Sequence record: OR352956.1
Direction: 5' to 3' (one strand)
DNA length: 64,000 nt
From: Escherichia phage AV126
Both the position numbers and the translations under genes were made by a program. This document shows positions 47,348 through 57,197 of this stretch, piece by piece (position 1 is the first letter of the stretch; every line of letters starts with the position of its first letter). Below the pieces are notes generated by a model, which searched no databases, was not told the DNA's origin, and saw only the letters and a list, made by a program, of their open reading frames with translations.

Positions 47348-47923
47348 CTAACTTTCAATTTCCTGCAATAGGATTTTGACTATTTGTTTACGGCGTTTTG
47401 CTACTGTGCTTTCAGGTTCTATTTTACGCTTCTTCAGCCATGCTTTATCTTTCTTAGCTCTGCACAAAGCTATCGCTTCTTTTTCAGCTTTCGCTTCTTC
47501 AAAAGATATACCTTGTTTATCTGCATAAGCAAGAATAGAGTTGCACAATTTACAAACCATGCGCAAATCTTCTTCTTTCACATAGATTAAACGGAAAACA
47601 AAAAGAGGAATATCATCAAAACATTGAAGTTGTTTTGCTGCGTGAATATGATCCACTTGGAAGTCTTTCATTCCTCCTCTATGTCCACATATTTCGCACT
47701 CACAATTCCAAACTTGTTTTGGTTTTCCAGTTTTCTTGTCTATCATTACATTGCCGTCTTTATCTACGCGATCAACTTTAAAACGCCTTGCATTGATAAC
47801 CTTAATTTTATTAGGGTGTCTCATCCATGCTTTTCTAAAGCATCCCCTAAGATAAGTATAAAATTCAGCTTGTGTTTTCCAGGGTGTTCCTTCACCCCAC
47901 ATTATTTTTGGTTCACCTGCCAA
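47348..47923 (-). CDS. HNH endonuclease
   Basis: CECEICGH ... DFQVDHIH ... CKLCN HNH motif. Confidence 0.65.
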   Translation of the reverse strand: MAGEPKIMWGEGTPWKTQAEFYTYLRGCFRKAWMRHPNKIKVINARRFKVDRVDKDGNVMIDKKTGKPKQVWNCECEICGHRGGMKDFQVDHIHAAKQLQCFDDIPLFVFRLIYVKEEDLRMVCKLCNSILAYADKQGISFEEAKAEKEAIALCRAKKDKAWLKKRKIEPESTVAKRRKQIVKILLQEIES

Positions 47924-48146
47924 TATTGCTCACCTTTTTAGCTGTATATTCCCCTGGTGGGATATTATGTTTAAAAAACAAAAGGCGGTCTAACCCCGCC
48001 TTGCACATTGTTTCTGGAATAGTCAAAGTTAGTAAAAGTTTATCACCTTTGCGGTTGAATATTTTATAAACTTCTCCTGCTCCATATTGTTTAGTATTAC
48101 TCGCCACTAATACGTTCCTTAAGTTGTTTAATAGCTTCGATTGCAT
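47913..48146 (-). CDS. hypothetical protein (77 aa)
   Basis: ORF in operon. Confidence 0.45.
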   Translation of the reverse strand: MQSKLLNNLRNVLVASNTKQYGAGEVYKIFNRKGDKLLLTLTIPETMCKAGLDRLLFFKHNIPPGEYTAKKVSNIGR

Positions 48147-48492
48147 CTACATAAGAAGAGTTATACATGTGTTTCAGTGCCACTCGGATTAAAGGATCTT
48201 TTGTGAAGAAATCAATAAGAAGCATAGCTTGATCATGTTTAGCTGCACTAGTCATAGATGGATAATTTTCACGAACCATATACGTGTTATTTTGCATAAG
48301 GGTTCTTTCTAGTTCAATACAATGAATAGCTTTATCTAGGTTAATCTGACGTTCACCTTTAATACGTGTTGCATATTTTGCCAATTTGCAAAAACAAGGT
48401 GTGCCACCAACCAAATAAGCTAGTTCAATAGGTTGCATTGCCATTTTTGTGTAGTGATCACCGTCAACCTGATTATCAAAAGCATTAGACAT
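48097..48492 (-). CDS. hypothetical protein (131 aa)
   Basis: ORF in operon. Confidence 0.45.
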   Translation of the reverse strand: MSNAFDNQVDGDHYTKMAMQPIELAYLVGGTPCFCKLAKYATRIKGERQINLDKAIHCIELERTLMQNNTYMVRENYPSMTSAAKHDQAMLLIDFFTKDPLIRVALKHMYNSSYVDAIEAIKQLKERISGE

Positions 48493-48748
48493 AATTTTCC
48501 TCCTGAATTCCTACTGCGCCTTCTTCTGGGTAGTCTGTATAATAAGCTACCCTACCTTGATAGATAACATCACCATCATTATTGTAGATTGCTGTATCTT
48601 CTTGAATTGTTATTTCAACATCAAGTAAATCTGGGTCTTTCTCGATGGTATAGTTCAAACCTAACATTTCAAACAGTTCGAAAATTTCGTTACCTGTTAA
48701 TGTAATGCTCATATTTCCTCCTTTTATTGTGGTTAGCAGAGTATACAC
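48485..48748 (-). CDS. hypothetical protein (87 aa)
   Basis: coupled ORF. Confidence 0.45.
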   Translation of the reverse strand: MYTLLTTIKGGNMSITLTGNEIFELFEMLGLNYTIEKDPDLLDVEITIQEDTAIYNNDGDVIYQGRVAYYTDYPEEGAVGIQEENYV

Positions 48749-48798
48749 TAATATAAAATTTTTGTCAATAAAAAAGGGAGCAATAAGCTCCCTGATTA

Positions 48799-49758
48799 TT
48801 AGATTCCAATGATAGTTGCTGCTCGTTTATCCTTGGATCTGGTGTTTGCTCTACTACGTGACAAACCGCCGCAAGATTCACAACGAATGATATCGAAAGA
48901 ACTTACCGCAGTGTGGTATTGTTTACCAGTAACAACGTGAACGTGATCACTGCCACAACGAGAACAACGGACCTTCTCATCTGGATAATAAGCGGATAAG
49001 TTAGGATGTTGTGGAATCCACGGAAGGATTTTCATATACAAATCACGGAGTGAAACAACATCACCATCATTGTAAATCTGCATACGTTCAAAAGCATCAC
49101 GATCACCTTCACAACATGCTTTCCATAAAGGGAAACCCTCGTTATCCAGTTTTTCACTTTCTGTTTCGAAATATGCTCCCATTTCTTTAAGGGAGTTGGA
49201 AGGAAGTGCAAATTGTTTCTTAGCCGCCTTCAATGTATCAACAACTACATAGTTAGAAGGAGGAGCCATATCGTGATATGCAAAGCGTTGGTTAATGTAT
49301 GCACGGTCAAACTTATATCCGTTGTGTGCCACAACTACATCTGCCTCATTTAGAAGGTTCCAAAGATCTTGGCAAAGCTCCCAATCATCTGTATGATCAA
49401 TGTCAAAAAGAGGATAAGAAGACAAGTTCTTACCTTCCACTTCACCAGTATACAGGTCAGCAGAAGAGTAAGATAACAAATAACCCCTACGAATTACTTG
49501 ATCTGGAGAAATGAAGGCTTTGAATCGACGGAAAGTATATGCAATCTCTGGTGCAGTTTCAACATCAATAATTTTAATAACTGGTTGTTTCTTTTTAACT
49601 GGCTCTTGTTTACTTGCTCCGAATCGTGCAAGGAAATCGTTCACTGTGCTTTTTCTTGTTGGACTACCTAAAACAATTGCTGCAATATTGCGAGAAGACA
49701 TACCCTCTGCACTCATACTAAGGATATCTGCTTTCTGCTCTTCTGTTAATCTGCTCAC
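48799..49758 (-). CDS. DnaQ-like (DEDD) 3'-5' exonuclease with N-terminal HTH region
   Basis: IKIIDVETAPE (Exo I DxE) and VVAHNGYKFDRAY (Exo II) motifs; two C-terminal CxxC pairs. Confidence 0.5.
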   Translation of the reverse strand: MSRLTEEQKADILSMSAEGMSSRNIAAIVLGSPTRKSTVNDFLARFGASKQEPVKKKQPVIKIIDVETAPEIAYTFRRFKAFISPDQVIRRGYLLSYSSADLYTGEVEGKNLSSYPLFDIDHTDDWELCQDLWNLLNEADVVVAHNGYKFDRAYINQRFAYHDMAPPSNYVVVDTLKAAKKQFALPSNSLKEMGAYFETESEKLDNEGFPLWKACCEGDRDAFERMQIYNDGDVVSLRDLYMKILPWIPQHPNLSAYYPDEKVRCSRCGSDHVHVVTGKQYHTAVSSFDIIRCESCGGLSRSRANTRSKDKRAATIIGI

Positions 49759-50873
49759 TCTTCCTCCTGTTGTGAGATGTATGACTGAAGCATACTCTCA
49801 AATGTTGTATCGTCGTTATCCCAGCGTTTCATGTATACCAACTGGAAAATTGTTTCTATCCATTCATCTGTTGTCATATGGACTTCTTCTCCATCCCAAG
49901 AAGTAAAATTAACACCATCTGGGAACCATGAGTAGTAAGTATCTTTAACTGTTTGGAAAAGCTCTGCTTGAGTTTTACAAGCTGAAAGAAGATTAAAACA
50001 AGTAATATCTCCAAACTTAATATCAAAATCTTGATAAGGTCGGATACTATCTGTTTTATCTCCCATTAGCATCTGATATGCTAACCAGTAACTGCCCCAA
50101 CCTTTAACTTCTTTCTTTTTACCTTTATCTACGACCCATATGTCGCCAATAGATTCATCAATAAGAATTATATCTGGGTTTTTAAAGACTCCATCTTCTT
50201 TGTAGAAATTAAAAAGGATACTAGGAGTATGTAAACTATCTTTATCTATAGACACTACGATATAAGAAAATTTACCCGTCCTTTTATAATCTTTATAACC
50301 CTGGAAACCATATTTCTCCAACTCATCGTCAGCCTCTATTACAGTAACAACATCACCATTGTGGAACTCCACAAGATAATCTTTGGTTTCTGAAAGCTGA
50401 AGTGGTTTGATATCTAACCGTTCAGATTTATATTCTACGGGCATTTTGAAGGCGTGTCTGAAAGTTTTTCCTACGCCAATAACTCCGCAATATTTTTCTA
50501 AACGTAGATGTTTTAGAATGCCTAAGACTTTTGTTTTAGCTGCTTGGAAGGTGTGTCCGATATCTTCTGGTGGGTATTGCTTATCAATGATTTCGAACTC
50601 TTCCTTTGTGAAGGGACGTTTGTTTTTGGAGGCTCTTTCTGCATTTGTATCTCCTAGCCAACCTCCAATTTTAGTCTTACTTTTACCCCAAAACTCTGTC
50701 TTATTTTTAAATTCCTTTTGAGCACCTGAAGGGATGTGCTTCGCAATGATTGTTCTTTTCTCTAATGCAGACGCTGCTTGGAAAGCGATCTGATCATAAT
50801 CAATTGCAGCTATTGTTTCTTCGTTGACATATAAATGAAGATCTTCAGGTTTAATTAAAATATAACCGCTAAT
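49755..50873 (-). CDS. T4 RNase H-like 5'-3' exonuclease / flap endonuclease (non-canonical start)
   Basis: blocks IAAIDYDQIAF, EYKSER, VIEADDEL, YIVVSIDKD and MGDKTDSI align in order with T4 RNase H; reading frame is open back to 50885 with no in-frame ATG/GTG/TTG upstream of 50444; start placed at ATT after a GGGGGA motif. Confidence 0.55.
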   Translation of the reverse strand: MSGYILIKPEDLHLYVNEETIAAIDYDQIAFQAASALEKRTIIAKHIPSGAQKEFKNKTEFWGKSKTKIGGWLGDTNAERASKNKRPFTKEEFEIIDKQYPPEDIGHTFQAAKTKVLGILKHLRLEKYCGVIGVGKTFRHAFKMPVEYKSERLDIKPLQLSETKDYLVEFHNGDVVTVIEADDELEKYGFQGYKDYKRTGKFSYIVVSIDKDSLHTPSILFNFYKEDGVFKNPDIILIDESIGDIWVVDKGKKKEVKGWGSYWLAYQMLMGDKTDSIRPYQDFDIKFGDITCFNLLSACKTQAELFQTVKDTYYSWFPDGVNFTSWDGEEVHMTTDEWIETIFQLVYMKRWDNDDTTFESMLQSYISQQEEE

Positions 50874-50885
50874 ATTTCCCCCTAG

Positions 50886-51095
50886 TTATTCATCGTCATC
50901 CTCTGTTGAGAATGTTTTAGTATACGGACATTGACGACTTTTCGGGATTGCTATAACTTCATCTTGGTTAGCGTTAGAATAGTAGCAATATTTTGTGTTG
51001 CCATTAACTTCAGAATCAGACAAGATTAAAGTAATTTGACCTGCTGCTACTGTGAAACTAAAAGCTAAAAGAACGACTGTCAGAATCTTTTTCAT
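50886..51095 (-). CDS. small secreted protein (signal peptide, two Cys)
   Basis: MKKILTVVLLAFSFTVAAGQ leader; acidic C-terminus. Confidence 0.5.
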   Translation of the reverse strand: MKKILTVVLLAFSFTVAAGQITLILSDSEVNGNTKYCYYSNANQDEVIAIPKSRQCPYTKTFSTEDDDE

Positions 51096-51167
51096 AACGC
51101 CTCCTAAAAAGCCTACCTCATTAAGTAGGTAGGCATAATATCATAACTAATCCCGCAAGTCAAGAAT

Positions 51168-52046
51168 TTATTTAAGGATTGTTGCTTTGGTTAAATCTTC
51201 CATCAGACCTCGAATCTCATTGAAGCACAGAAGGACTGAAGCTTCAATACTACCTTCTTCGTCTGCAAAATATTTCGGAAAACGTAGTTTAGAAAGCTTA
51301 AACTCTTTATCCACTACAAAATCTACAACACCATCGTATTCAAGACCGATTGCAACCACATCTTTACCATCTTCTTTTAGTTCGACAGCTTTAGATTCGT
51401 ATAGAGATTCTTTACTCCAAACAACAACGCCCTCGCTATCCTCCATTTTAATATAATTTCCGAGAGTAATACGATCTGCTTCGTGATTCTCCAGCAATTC
51501 ACCAAAACCTTTTACAATAGCTTCTTCGTGCACACTAAAACCTACCGAAGGGAAAGTCCCAAGAACGGAACGGAGGAAAGAAGTAATCTCTTCTGCAACC
51601 TTTTTACTTCCATTAAGAACATAAAGAAGATTCGTAGTTTTATCCAAGACAACATAGTTAAAGAAATCTTCAGGTTCTGTTTCAGGCAATAGTGCAAATT
51701 CAATATCTTCCTTCATTGCTTTGACTACTTCTTTATCGACATAAAACTCTTTACCTTCGCTCTCCATGTCCTGACGCATTTCTTCTAGACGTTCATTCAA
51801 AATACGTTTAACTTTCTTTTTATCTACCTTCTTCACAGATTGACCTACATTAAGCAGTTCAAGATCTGAAAACTCTTTTACAAATTTAGAGTCATCTTCG
51901 AAACGAACAAGACCGATAGTGTGTGACTGGGAGCCTTCTGCTGTTACAAATTCCAGAGGAATATCTGTAATGCTGTTAATGGATGCTACAGAAGCATTGT
52001 CACCAACAACCATAGGCAGAGCGAATTTAAAAGATTTTACAAACAT
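51168..52046 (-). CDS. rdgC: RdgC-like recombination-associated protein
   Basis: N-terminal MFVKSFKF and internal FLRSVLGTFPSVGFS resemble RdgC; ~290 aa. Confidence 0.5.
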   Translation of the reverse strand: MFVKSFKFALPMVVGDNASVASINSITDIPLEFVTAEGSQSHTIGLVRFEDDSKFVKEFSDLELLNVGQSVKKVDKKKVKRILNERLEEMRQDMESEGKEFYVDKEVVKAMKEDIEFALLPETEPEDFFNYVVLDKTTNLLYVLNGSKKVAEEITSFLRSVLGTFPSVGFSVHEEAIVKGFGELLENHEADRITLGNYIKMEDSEGVVVWSKESLYESKAVELKEDGKDVVAIGLEYDGVVDFVVDKEFKLSKLRFPKYFADEEGSIEASVLLCFNEIRGLMEDLTKATILK

Positions 52047-52102
52047 GTTTCCTCCTATTTAATACATCTCACATTACCGCCCGTAAAGGGCGGCTTACAA
52101 CA

Positions 52103-52828
52103 TTACTTGTTAATAATACCTGCAATGTTAGGTTTAATGAAACCTGACCACTTCATGATCTTACCTTTATCATCAAAGAACACATACACTTTCTGTTTTT
52201 CATTATAAACAGCATGAACACCAGTGTATGCCCCTTCTGGACGATTGGCATTTCGTTCTTCAATTGCAGCGCATTCTTGTGCAATGGCTGAATCAATATC
52301 TGAAGTTTTCCAAGTTTTCAGCAACTGTTGTTTAGTTGGATACTTGGAATCATTACTTTTCAATACCTCTTTAATAACTTTCTTTTCTGGATATTTTGAA
52401 CGGATTAGAGTGTCACGAGACATACGCATAATACCAGCAGCCATTAGCGCCATTTGAACTGGCTCTGTAAATGTTTGTTCCAAAGCATCAAAATCAGTAT
52501 ACACAGTTGGAGTAAAAACATCGCCTACAGCATAGTCCAAGAAATTCATCGTATGTTCTTCACCAAAGAACATGTAAGTCAGATAACTGGATACTACAAA
52601 AATATCCGCTGCTGCATCCAAGAGTTCTACATGATCGTTTACTTTCGCGGCTGTTTCATACTCTTTAAGCTCTTCACGAACGAACCCGATTTGGGACATA
52701 AATAACTCTTGAGTGAATTCAGGTTGTTCACCACCTCGTGCTTTGGCATTCCAATCAATTACGTGCTTTGCTGCATTTTTGAAAAATTCAGTATCGAATT
52801 TAATATCTTTAAAAAAATTCTCGATCAT
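52103..52828 (-). CDS. hypothetical protein, possible MazG-like NTP pyrophosphohydrolase
   Basis: EELKEYE ... ELLDAAADI resembles the MazG ExxE...E..D motif. Confidence 0.35.
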   Translation of the reverse strand: MIENFFKDIKFDTEFFKNAAKHVIDWNAKARGGEQPEFTQELFMSQIGFVREELKEYETAAKVNDHVELLDAAADIFVVSSYLTYMFFGEEHTMNFLDYAVGDVFTPTVYTDFDALEQTFTEPVQMALMAAGIMRMSRDTLIRSKYPEKKVIKEVLKSNDSKYPTKQQLLKTWKTSDIDSAIAQECAAIEERNANRPEGAYTGVHAVYNEKQKVYVFFDDKGKIMKWSGFIKPNIAGIINK

Positions 52829-52837
52829 TATAACTCC

Positions 52838-53098
52838 TTATTTAAAATAGCTTTCTAGAAAGTTGCTAATATTTACTACAGTCTCACCCATGTAAATTCC
52901 TGCGAAACCGAAAACAAGCATACGTGGAATATTGAAATACCATTTATCCGCCGGAAAAGATGCCAGAATTACAATAGCAATTGCTATCAACATCATAAGA
53001 ATTGTTGCTAAAATTATCATAAAAATGCCTCCAGGTATTTTGCACAATAATAAGCTAAGAAACAAGAAACTACCGCATACCCAACTCCAGACATACAT
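52838..53098 (-). CDS. hypothetical membrane protein (86 aa)
   Basis: two to three predicted TM helices. Confidence 0.45.
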   Translation of the reverse strand: MYVWSWVCGSFLFLSLLLCKIPGGIFMIILATILMMLIAIAIVILASFPADKWYFNIPRMLVFGFAGIYMGETVVNISNFLESYFK

Positions 53099-53211
53099 GA
53101 ATCAATCGCAACACATATGGTTCTTTTCTTTGAATTCTTAGGAAAGTTTTCCGAAGCATTCATACAATAAAAAGAAAGCACACTGAAAACGATTAAAATG
53201 GCTAAGAACAT
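53017..53211 (-). CDS. hypothetical membrane protein (64 aa, overlaps neighbour out of frame)
   Basis: hydrophobic ORF; 80 nt overlap makes one of the two starts doubtful. Confidence 0.35.
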   Translation of the reverse strand: MFLAILIVFSVLSFYCMNASENFPKNSKKRTICVAIDSCMSGVGYAVVSCFLAYYCAKYLEAFL

Positions 53212-53220
53212 TTTTCCTCC

Positions 53221-54348
53221 TTACTCTGCTGGTTCCCAAGTGCCTGGGATCATTTCTCGAATACGAACACCAACAGGTTTTGTTGGAATACCTTCATCTG
53301 AAAATTCTTCATACTCTATTTCAACGAACTGATTAATCAAGGTAGAAGCATTCTCTGCTTTACGATAATTGATAGTCTCATGAGCATCTTTACGCATTAA
53401 GAATTCGACTACTTTACCATTTTCCATCTCACCTGTCAACACTCCATCGCCATTTTTATCGCTTTTTGAATTTGTTACTTTAACTTCAAGGGTATGGCGA
53501 GGCTTACGTTTAATAACATCATAAGAACGTTTATCAAATTCGTAAACTCCGTGAGCATTACGATATACTACACCTTCAGCTTTCTCAAGTAAAGCTTTTT
53601 CATAGAAAGCATTAAACTGTTCTTGGTTTTCAATATACTCTGTATGAACTACACAAATAAGCTCGTCAAGACCATAATCTTCAACTACGGCCTTAAGAGC
53701 AGCAAGAGCATCAACACGTTTTTCAAACGGTAGACCTGGAACTGGAATATCGTATACGTAATAATTCAGCAAAGGTGTATTTGCATTATGCTTCTTCCAA
53801 GCACTGTTAATTTGTTGCAGACTAAGGACGCCTAACCCAGCAAACACTTCACCATCAAGAGGATGACCAACAACTTCACTAATAAAGTTTGGAATACCTT
53901 TCCAATGAGGTGGCAGGTTATACACTTCCCCAGCTTTTGATAAACACTCCCCTTTCATGTTAATCATAGAACGTAACCCGTTCAGTTTGTATTGTGCATA
54001 ACCAGGGAACACAACCTTTTCAGGATAATCTTTATAATCCTGGCATTTCATTGGTGTGGAAGGAACATGGTTTTCAGCTTCTTCTTTTGTTTTATAATAG
54101 CCATTCTTTAACTGTTTTGTCCATTTGGCAAAAGCTTCAAGTTCAGCTTGTTCTTCCGGTGTTGTTTCATTGGAACGACCAATGTTTTTTGCTTCTGCTG
54201 TATAAGATTTTTCTGTGATTTTTCCACCTACCCTTCCATGAGCTACAGTAACAACTGCACCATCTGTATACACTGTCCACTGTTTAAGTTTTCCTTTTGA
54301 ATCTTTACCATACAGCGTTTGATTTGTTTGTTGCATTAGTCCTCCCAT
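53221..54348 (-). CDS. ATP-dependent DNA ligase-like nucleotidyltransferase
   Basis: motif I KLNGLR (Asn at the usual Asp position), motif III HPLDGEVF, motif IV EGVVYR, motif V DVIKRKP in canonical order. Confidence 0.6.
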   Translation of the reverse strand: MGGLMQQTNQTLYGKDSKGKLKQWTVYTDGAVVTVAHGRVGGKITEKSYTAEAKNIGRSNETTPEEQAELEAFAKWTKQLKNGYYKTKEEAENHVPSTPMKCQDYKDYPEKVVFPGYAQYKLNGLRSMINMKGECLSKAGEVYNLPPHWKGIPNFISEVVGHPLDGEVFAGLGVLSLQQINSAWKKHNANTPLLNYYVYDIPVPGLPFEKRVDALAALKAVVEDYGLDELICVVHTEYIENQEQFNAFYEKALLEKAEGVVYRNAHGVYEFDKRSYDVIKRKPRHTLEVKVTNSKSDKNGDGVLTGEMENGKVVEFLMRKDAHETINYRKAENASTLINQFVEIEYEEFSDEGIPTKPVGVRIREMIPGTWEPAE

Positions 54349-54557
54349 TTAAAAACTGAAATTTTCAATCTGTTACACACTTCATCCAAATCCGCGTCGA
54401 GTAACGTTGTAGATGTTGCCAACATATAATCAATGCTTGTGAAACCTTGCCCTTTGGCATAGTCAAGCATATCTTCATACATATCTTCAAGATCACCGTC
54501 ATCAAAAGTAGCTAGAAAATCCTCGTCCCCGCTACGAACATAAAATGCAGTACTCAT
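54336..54557 (-). CDS. hypothetical acidic protein (73 aa)
   Basis: coupled ORF. Confidence 0.45.
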   Translation of the reverse strand: MSTAFYVRSGDEDFLATFDDGDLEDMYEDMLDYAKGQGFTSIDYMLATSTTLLDADLDEVCNRLKISVFKWED

Positions 54558-54745
54558 TCATCTTCATCCCAAGATTCAAAAGCACAACAATCATCGGTTT
54601 CTATAATACCAACACGTCCGCAGGTATTGCAAGTGATTTTATCCCCGTAGAATAAATAATTTTTATCACCCTCTGTGTTTACAGTTATGTCATTACTACC
54701 ACAAGGGCAAGTCAGCCAACCAACAACAACGATATCTTTTTTCAT
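54554..54745 (-). CDS. zinc-ribbon mini-protein (63 aa)
   Basis: CPCG ... CNTCG Cys pairs. Confidence 0.5.
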   Translation of the reverse strand: MKKDIVVVGWLTCPCGSNDITVNTEGDKNYLFYGDKITCNTCGRVGIIETDDCCAFESWDEDE

Positions 54746-54754
54746 AATCCCTCC

Positions 54755-55081
54755 TTAAGCGTTCAGTTCGTTGTTGAGTTCGTAAATCTCTTCTTGAAGA
54801 GCATCAATCTCTTCCTCCAAACGGGAGATCTCTTCTTTTAGATATACCATTTCGGATTCTTTCTCTTCTAATTCATTTTCAAATTTTACTTTATTAGCCT
54901 CATTTTCATAATGCAGTTCAGCGTAATCATCACGCATTTGTTCAATAAGATGAATCAGAGACAAGATATAATTGTCTCCCGTTTCATCACGCCACTCTTC
55001 ACCGTGACGGAGAACGGTAATTCGTCCAGTGTCTTCATCTAAAATTGTCTCATATTTACGATCATCTATATAAATCTGCAT
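54755..55081 (-). CDS. hypothetical coiled-coil protein (108 aa)
   Basis: Glu/Leu heptad-rich C-terminus. Confidence 0.5.
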   Translation of the reverse strand: MQIYIDDRKYETILDEDTGRITVLRHGEEWRDETGDNYILSLIHLIEQMRDDYAELHYENEANKVKFENELEEKESEMVYLKEEISRLEEEIDALQEEIYELNNELNA

Positions 55082-55089
55082 TGTTCCTC

Positions 55090-55635
55090 CTATAAAATAA
55101 TTTTATGATGGTCTACAGTGATAACTTCTCGTTTTTCCATCATTTCGATAATTTCATCAAAATGCAGGATCTTACCGTGTGCATCCCAACCCACATCTAA
55201 CATTTTACCATAAGCTTCATCAGGGAAAGATCCGTGGGAATGCCCGTGTAGCATGATTGATCCACGACCTTGTTTATTCCAGGAGGCCATAGGGTAATGA
55301 CTTAAGACGAAGAACAGCTTCTGATATTTCACTTCGTCATAATACACCACTTCACCATACTCTGCAAGCACTTCTCGGTGTTTGCTGTAGTCATGGTTCC
55401 CAACACAGTAGGTGATATCTCCTTGGAGACGGGAAGCAATTTTACGGGTATCTTCTTCAGTTCCGAAACAGAAGTCGCCCAAATGCCACATCTTAACACC
55501 AGGAGTAGTAGCACATTTGTTCCATGCTTCGATCAAGGCTTCTGTCATGTGGTCCATATCTTCCCACGGACGATATTCAGGAGCAAACTCTCGAATACGT
55601 TTATGCATAAAATGCAAATCGCTTGTAATAAACAT
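55090..55635 (-). CDS. metallophosphoesterase
   Basis: SDLHF, GDF, GNHD and GHSH calcineurin-like motifs. Confidence 0.6.
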   Translation of the reverse strand: MFITSDLHFMHKRIREFAPEYRPWEDMDHMTEALIEAWNKCATTPGVKMWHLGDFCFGTEEDTRKIASRLQGDITYCVGNHDYSKHREVLAEYGEVVYYDEVKYQKLFFVLSHYPMASWNKQGRGSIMLHGHSHGSFPDEAYGKMLDVGWDAHGKILHFDEIIEMMEKREVITVDHHKIIL

Positions 55636-55991
55636 TAGTATAATCCCTCGCTAAATAATTCATGGTCGTGACCATTACGCTCATGGTCGATCTGGTCAGC
55701 ATTTTCCGCGATGATGTAAGCATCCGCACGACTCCACCAATTGTAATACTGATCGATAAAGCCTTGATTGTTTGGAAGACAATGCACTTTATCAAGAACA
55801 CCTGCTTCTTTCAACACGTTTAACTGTGCATATAGTACAGGATTTGCATGTCGAACACAAGGAATAATTAACTCTTCACCATTATTCAAAATATACTTAT
55901 TTGCAGCACAGACGATAACACGTTGCGCATAATGACCCTCACCCATCCAGGTAAGAGGTTGGTAACAAATATTGTTTTCAATACTACTCAT
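55635..55991 (-). CDS. hypothetical protein (118 aa)
   Basis: coupled ORF. Confidence 0.5.
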   Translation of the reverse strand: MSSIENNICYQPLTWMGEGHYAQRVIVCAANKYILNNGEELIIPCVRHANPVLYAQLNVLKEAGVLDKVHCLPNNQGFIDQYYNWWSRADAYIIAENADQIDHERNGHDHELFSEGLY

Positions 55992-56150
55992 TGTTTCCTA
56001 ATCCTCCTCTCTTAAGTTATCCTCGAAAAAACTAGTGTCTGGAAGTAAAAGATCATTACTTGTGTCGGGCCAATCCTCTTCTTCTCGGTAGATAAAGTAA
56101 CCTTCGTCCTCTTCTTGTTCCGACCAAACCGAATGATGCATGTTCTCTCC

Positions 56151-56495
56151 TTAGTAGTGCACACGAATCATTTTAATACCATAACGCAGCATGGATTCTT
56201 TTGCAAGCATGAATTTATCCCCAGCGGCGGGATTAGAAGTATGCACGAAAATGGTGGGTGAACCAAAGCAAGGTTTACCAAACGCCAGAAGTTCTTCCAG
56301 GTACAGGAAAACATCATACCCATCTTGGTCTGACTCCATACCTAAATCATTGTCAAAAGACCACTCGGTTACTCTTCGATACAGTTTAGCAGGATCGTTG
56401 AGAAAGGCCATAGCTTCTTGTGACGTTTTAAACCAAATCGCATCCTCCTGTCCATAGTCGGCTGGGTTCCGCATATCATCTATCCAAACTTTCAT
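56151..56495 (-). CDS. hypothetical protein (114 aa)
   Basis: ORF in operon. Confidence 0.5.
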   Translation of the reverse strand: MKVWIDDMRNPADYGQEDAIWFKTSQEAMAFLNDPAKLYRRVTEWSFDNDLGMESDQDGYDVFLYLEELLAFGKPCFGSPTIFVHTSNPAAGDKFMLAKESMLRYGIKMIRVHY

Positions 56496-56505
56496 ATAAC
56501 CTCCT

Positions 56506-56976
56506 TTAAGCTGGCATGATTAAAAAAGAACTTTCCACTTCAAAATGCCAATCATCAACAAGCCCTGATTCCCAATCCTTCTCTTCATGGAAAGAGCAAA
56601 TCCAACGGTACATACCTGGCGGTGTATTCTCAACATCTTCTGGCAACCCATAATCCAAAGCTGTCTTACCGTTCTCTGTAAAACCAGGATGGAGATTAGG
56701 AGCCTTCAGTACAGAAACCATACCTCCAACATCCACAGCTACGATCCACTCTGTCATGTATGGGCTGTCATATTGAGGCTCATCAGAACCTACCTCAACA
56801 GCCTCTGTGCGTAAGATGATAATAGCCTGCTCTGTGATTGGGGCTTTGACAATATAACCGTGGTCCTCAAAAAGATCGATAACCTCGAACTCATCGCCGT
56901 TTTCGACACCATAACTCTTATTCAAAGAGATAAACTTCGGGTTATCATCGTAAGCTTTAGTTACTTTAATTCTCAT
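56506..56976 (-). CDS. hypothetical protein (156 aa)
   Basis: ORF in operon. Confidence 0.5.
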   Translation of the reverse strand: MRIKVTKAYDDNPKFISLNKSYGVENGDEFEVIDLFEDHGYIVKAPITEQAIIILRTEAVEVGSDEPQYDSPYMTEWIVAVDVGGMVSVLKAPNLHPGFTENGKTALDYGLPEDVENTPPGMYRWICSFHEEKDWESGLVDDWHFEVESSFLIMPA

Positions 56977-57197
56977 TTTTCCTCCTTCACTTTAACCTCA
57001 AATTCTACAGGATTACCCTCAATGTAAAAACACTGATACTCTGCCTTATCATCATCATCACGAGGCCAAGTTACCAAGGAGTTATAGCAATCTTCTGGTG
57101 CTTTGAAGATGGTTTTAGTCTCCACAGTAACATTCCCATTAAGTGTTGCCAATACCACCCACCCAGCTACATGGATCATAGTGCCTCCACTTTCCAC
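56973..57197 (-). CDS. hypothetical protein (74 aa)
   Basis: coupled ORF. Confidence 0.45.
   Translation of the reverse strand: MESGGTMIHVAGWVVLATLNGNVTVETKTIFKAPEDCYNSLVTWPRDDDDKAEYQCFYIEGNPVEFEVKVKEEK

Noticed and set aside
50886-51095. Translational fusion of the secreted 69 aa protein with the RNase H-like protein by TAA readthrough
   Set aside because: A signal peptide fused to a cytoplasmic nuclease is biologically implausible; a non-canonical start just downstream is the simpler explanation, though unverified.
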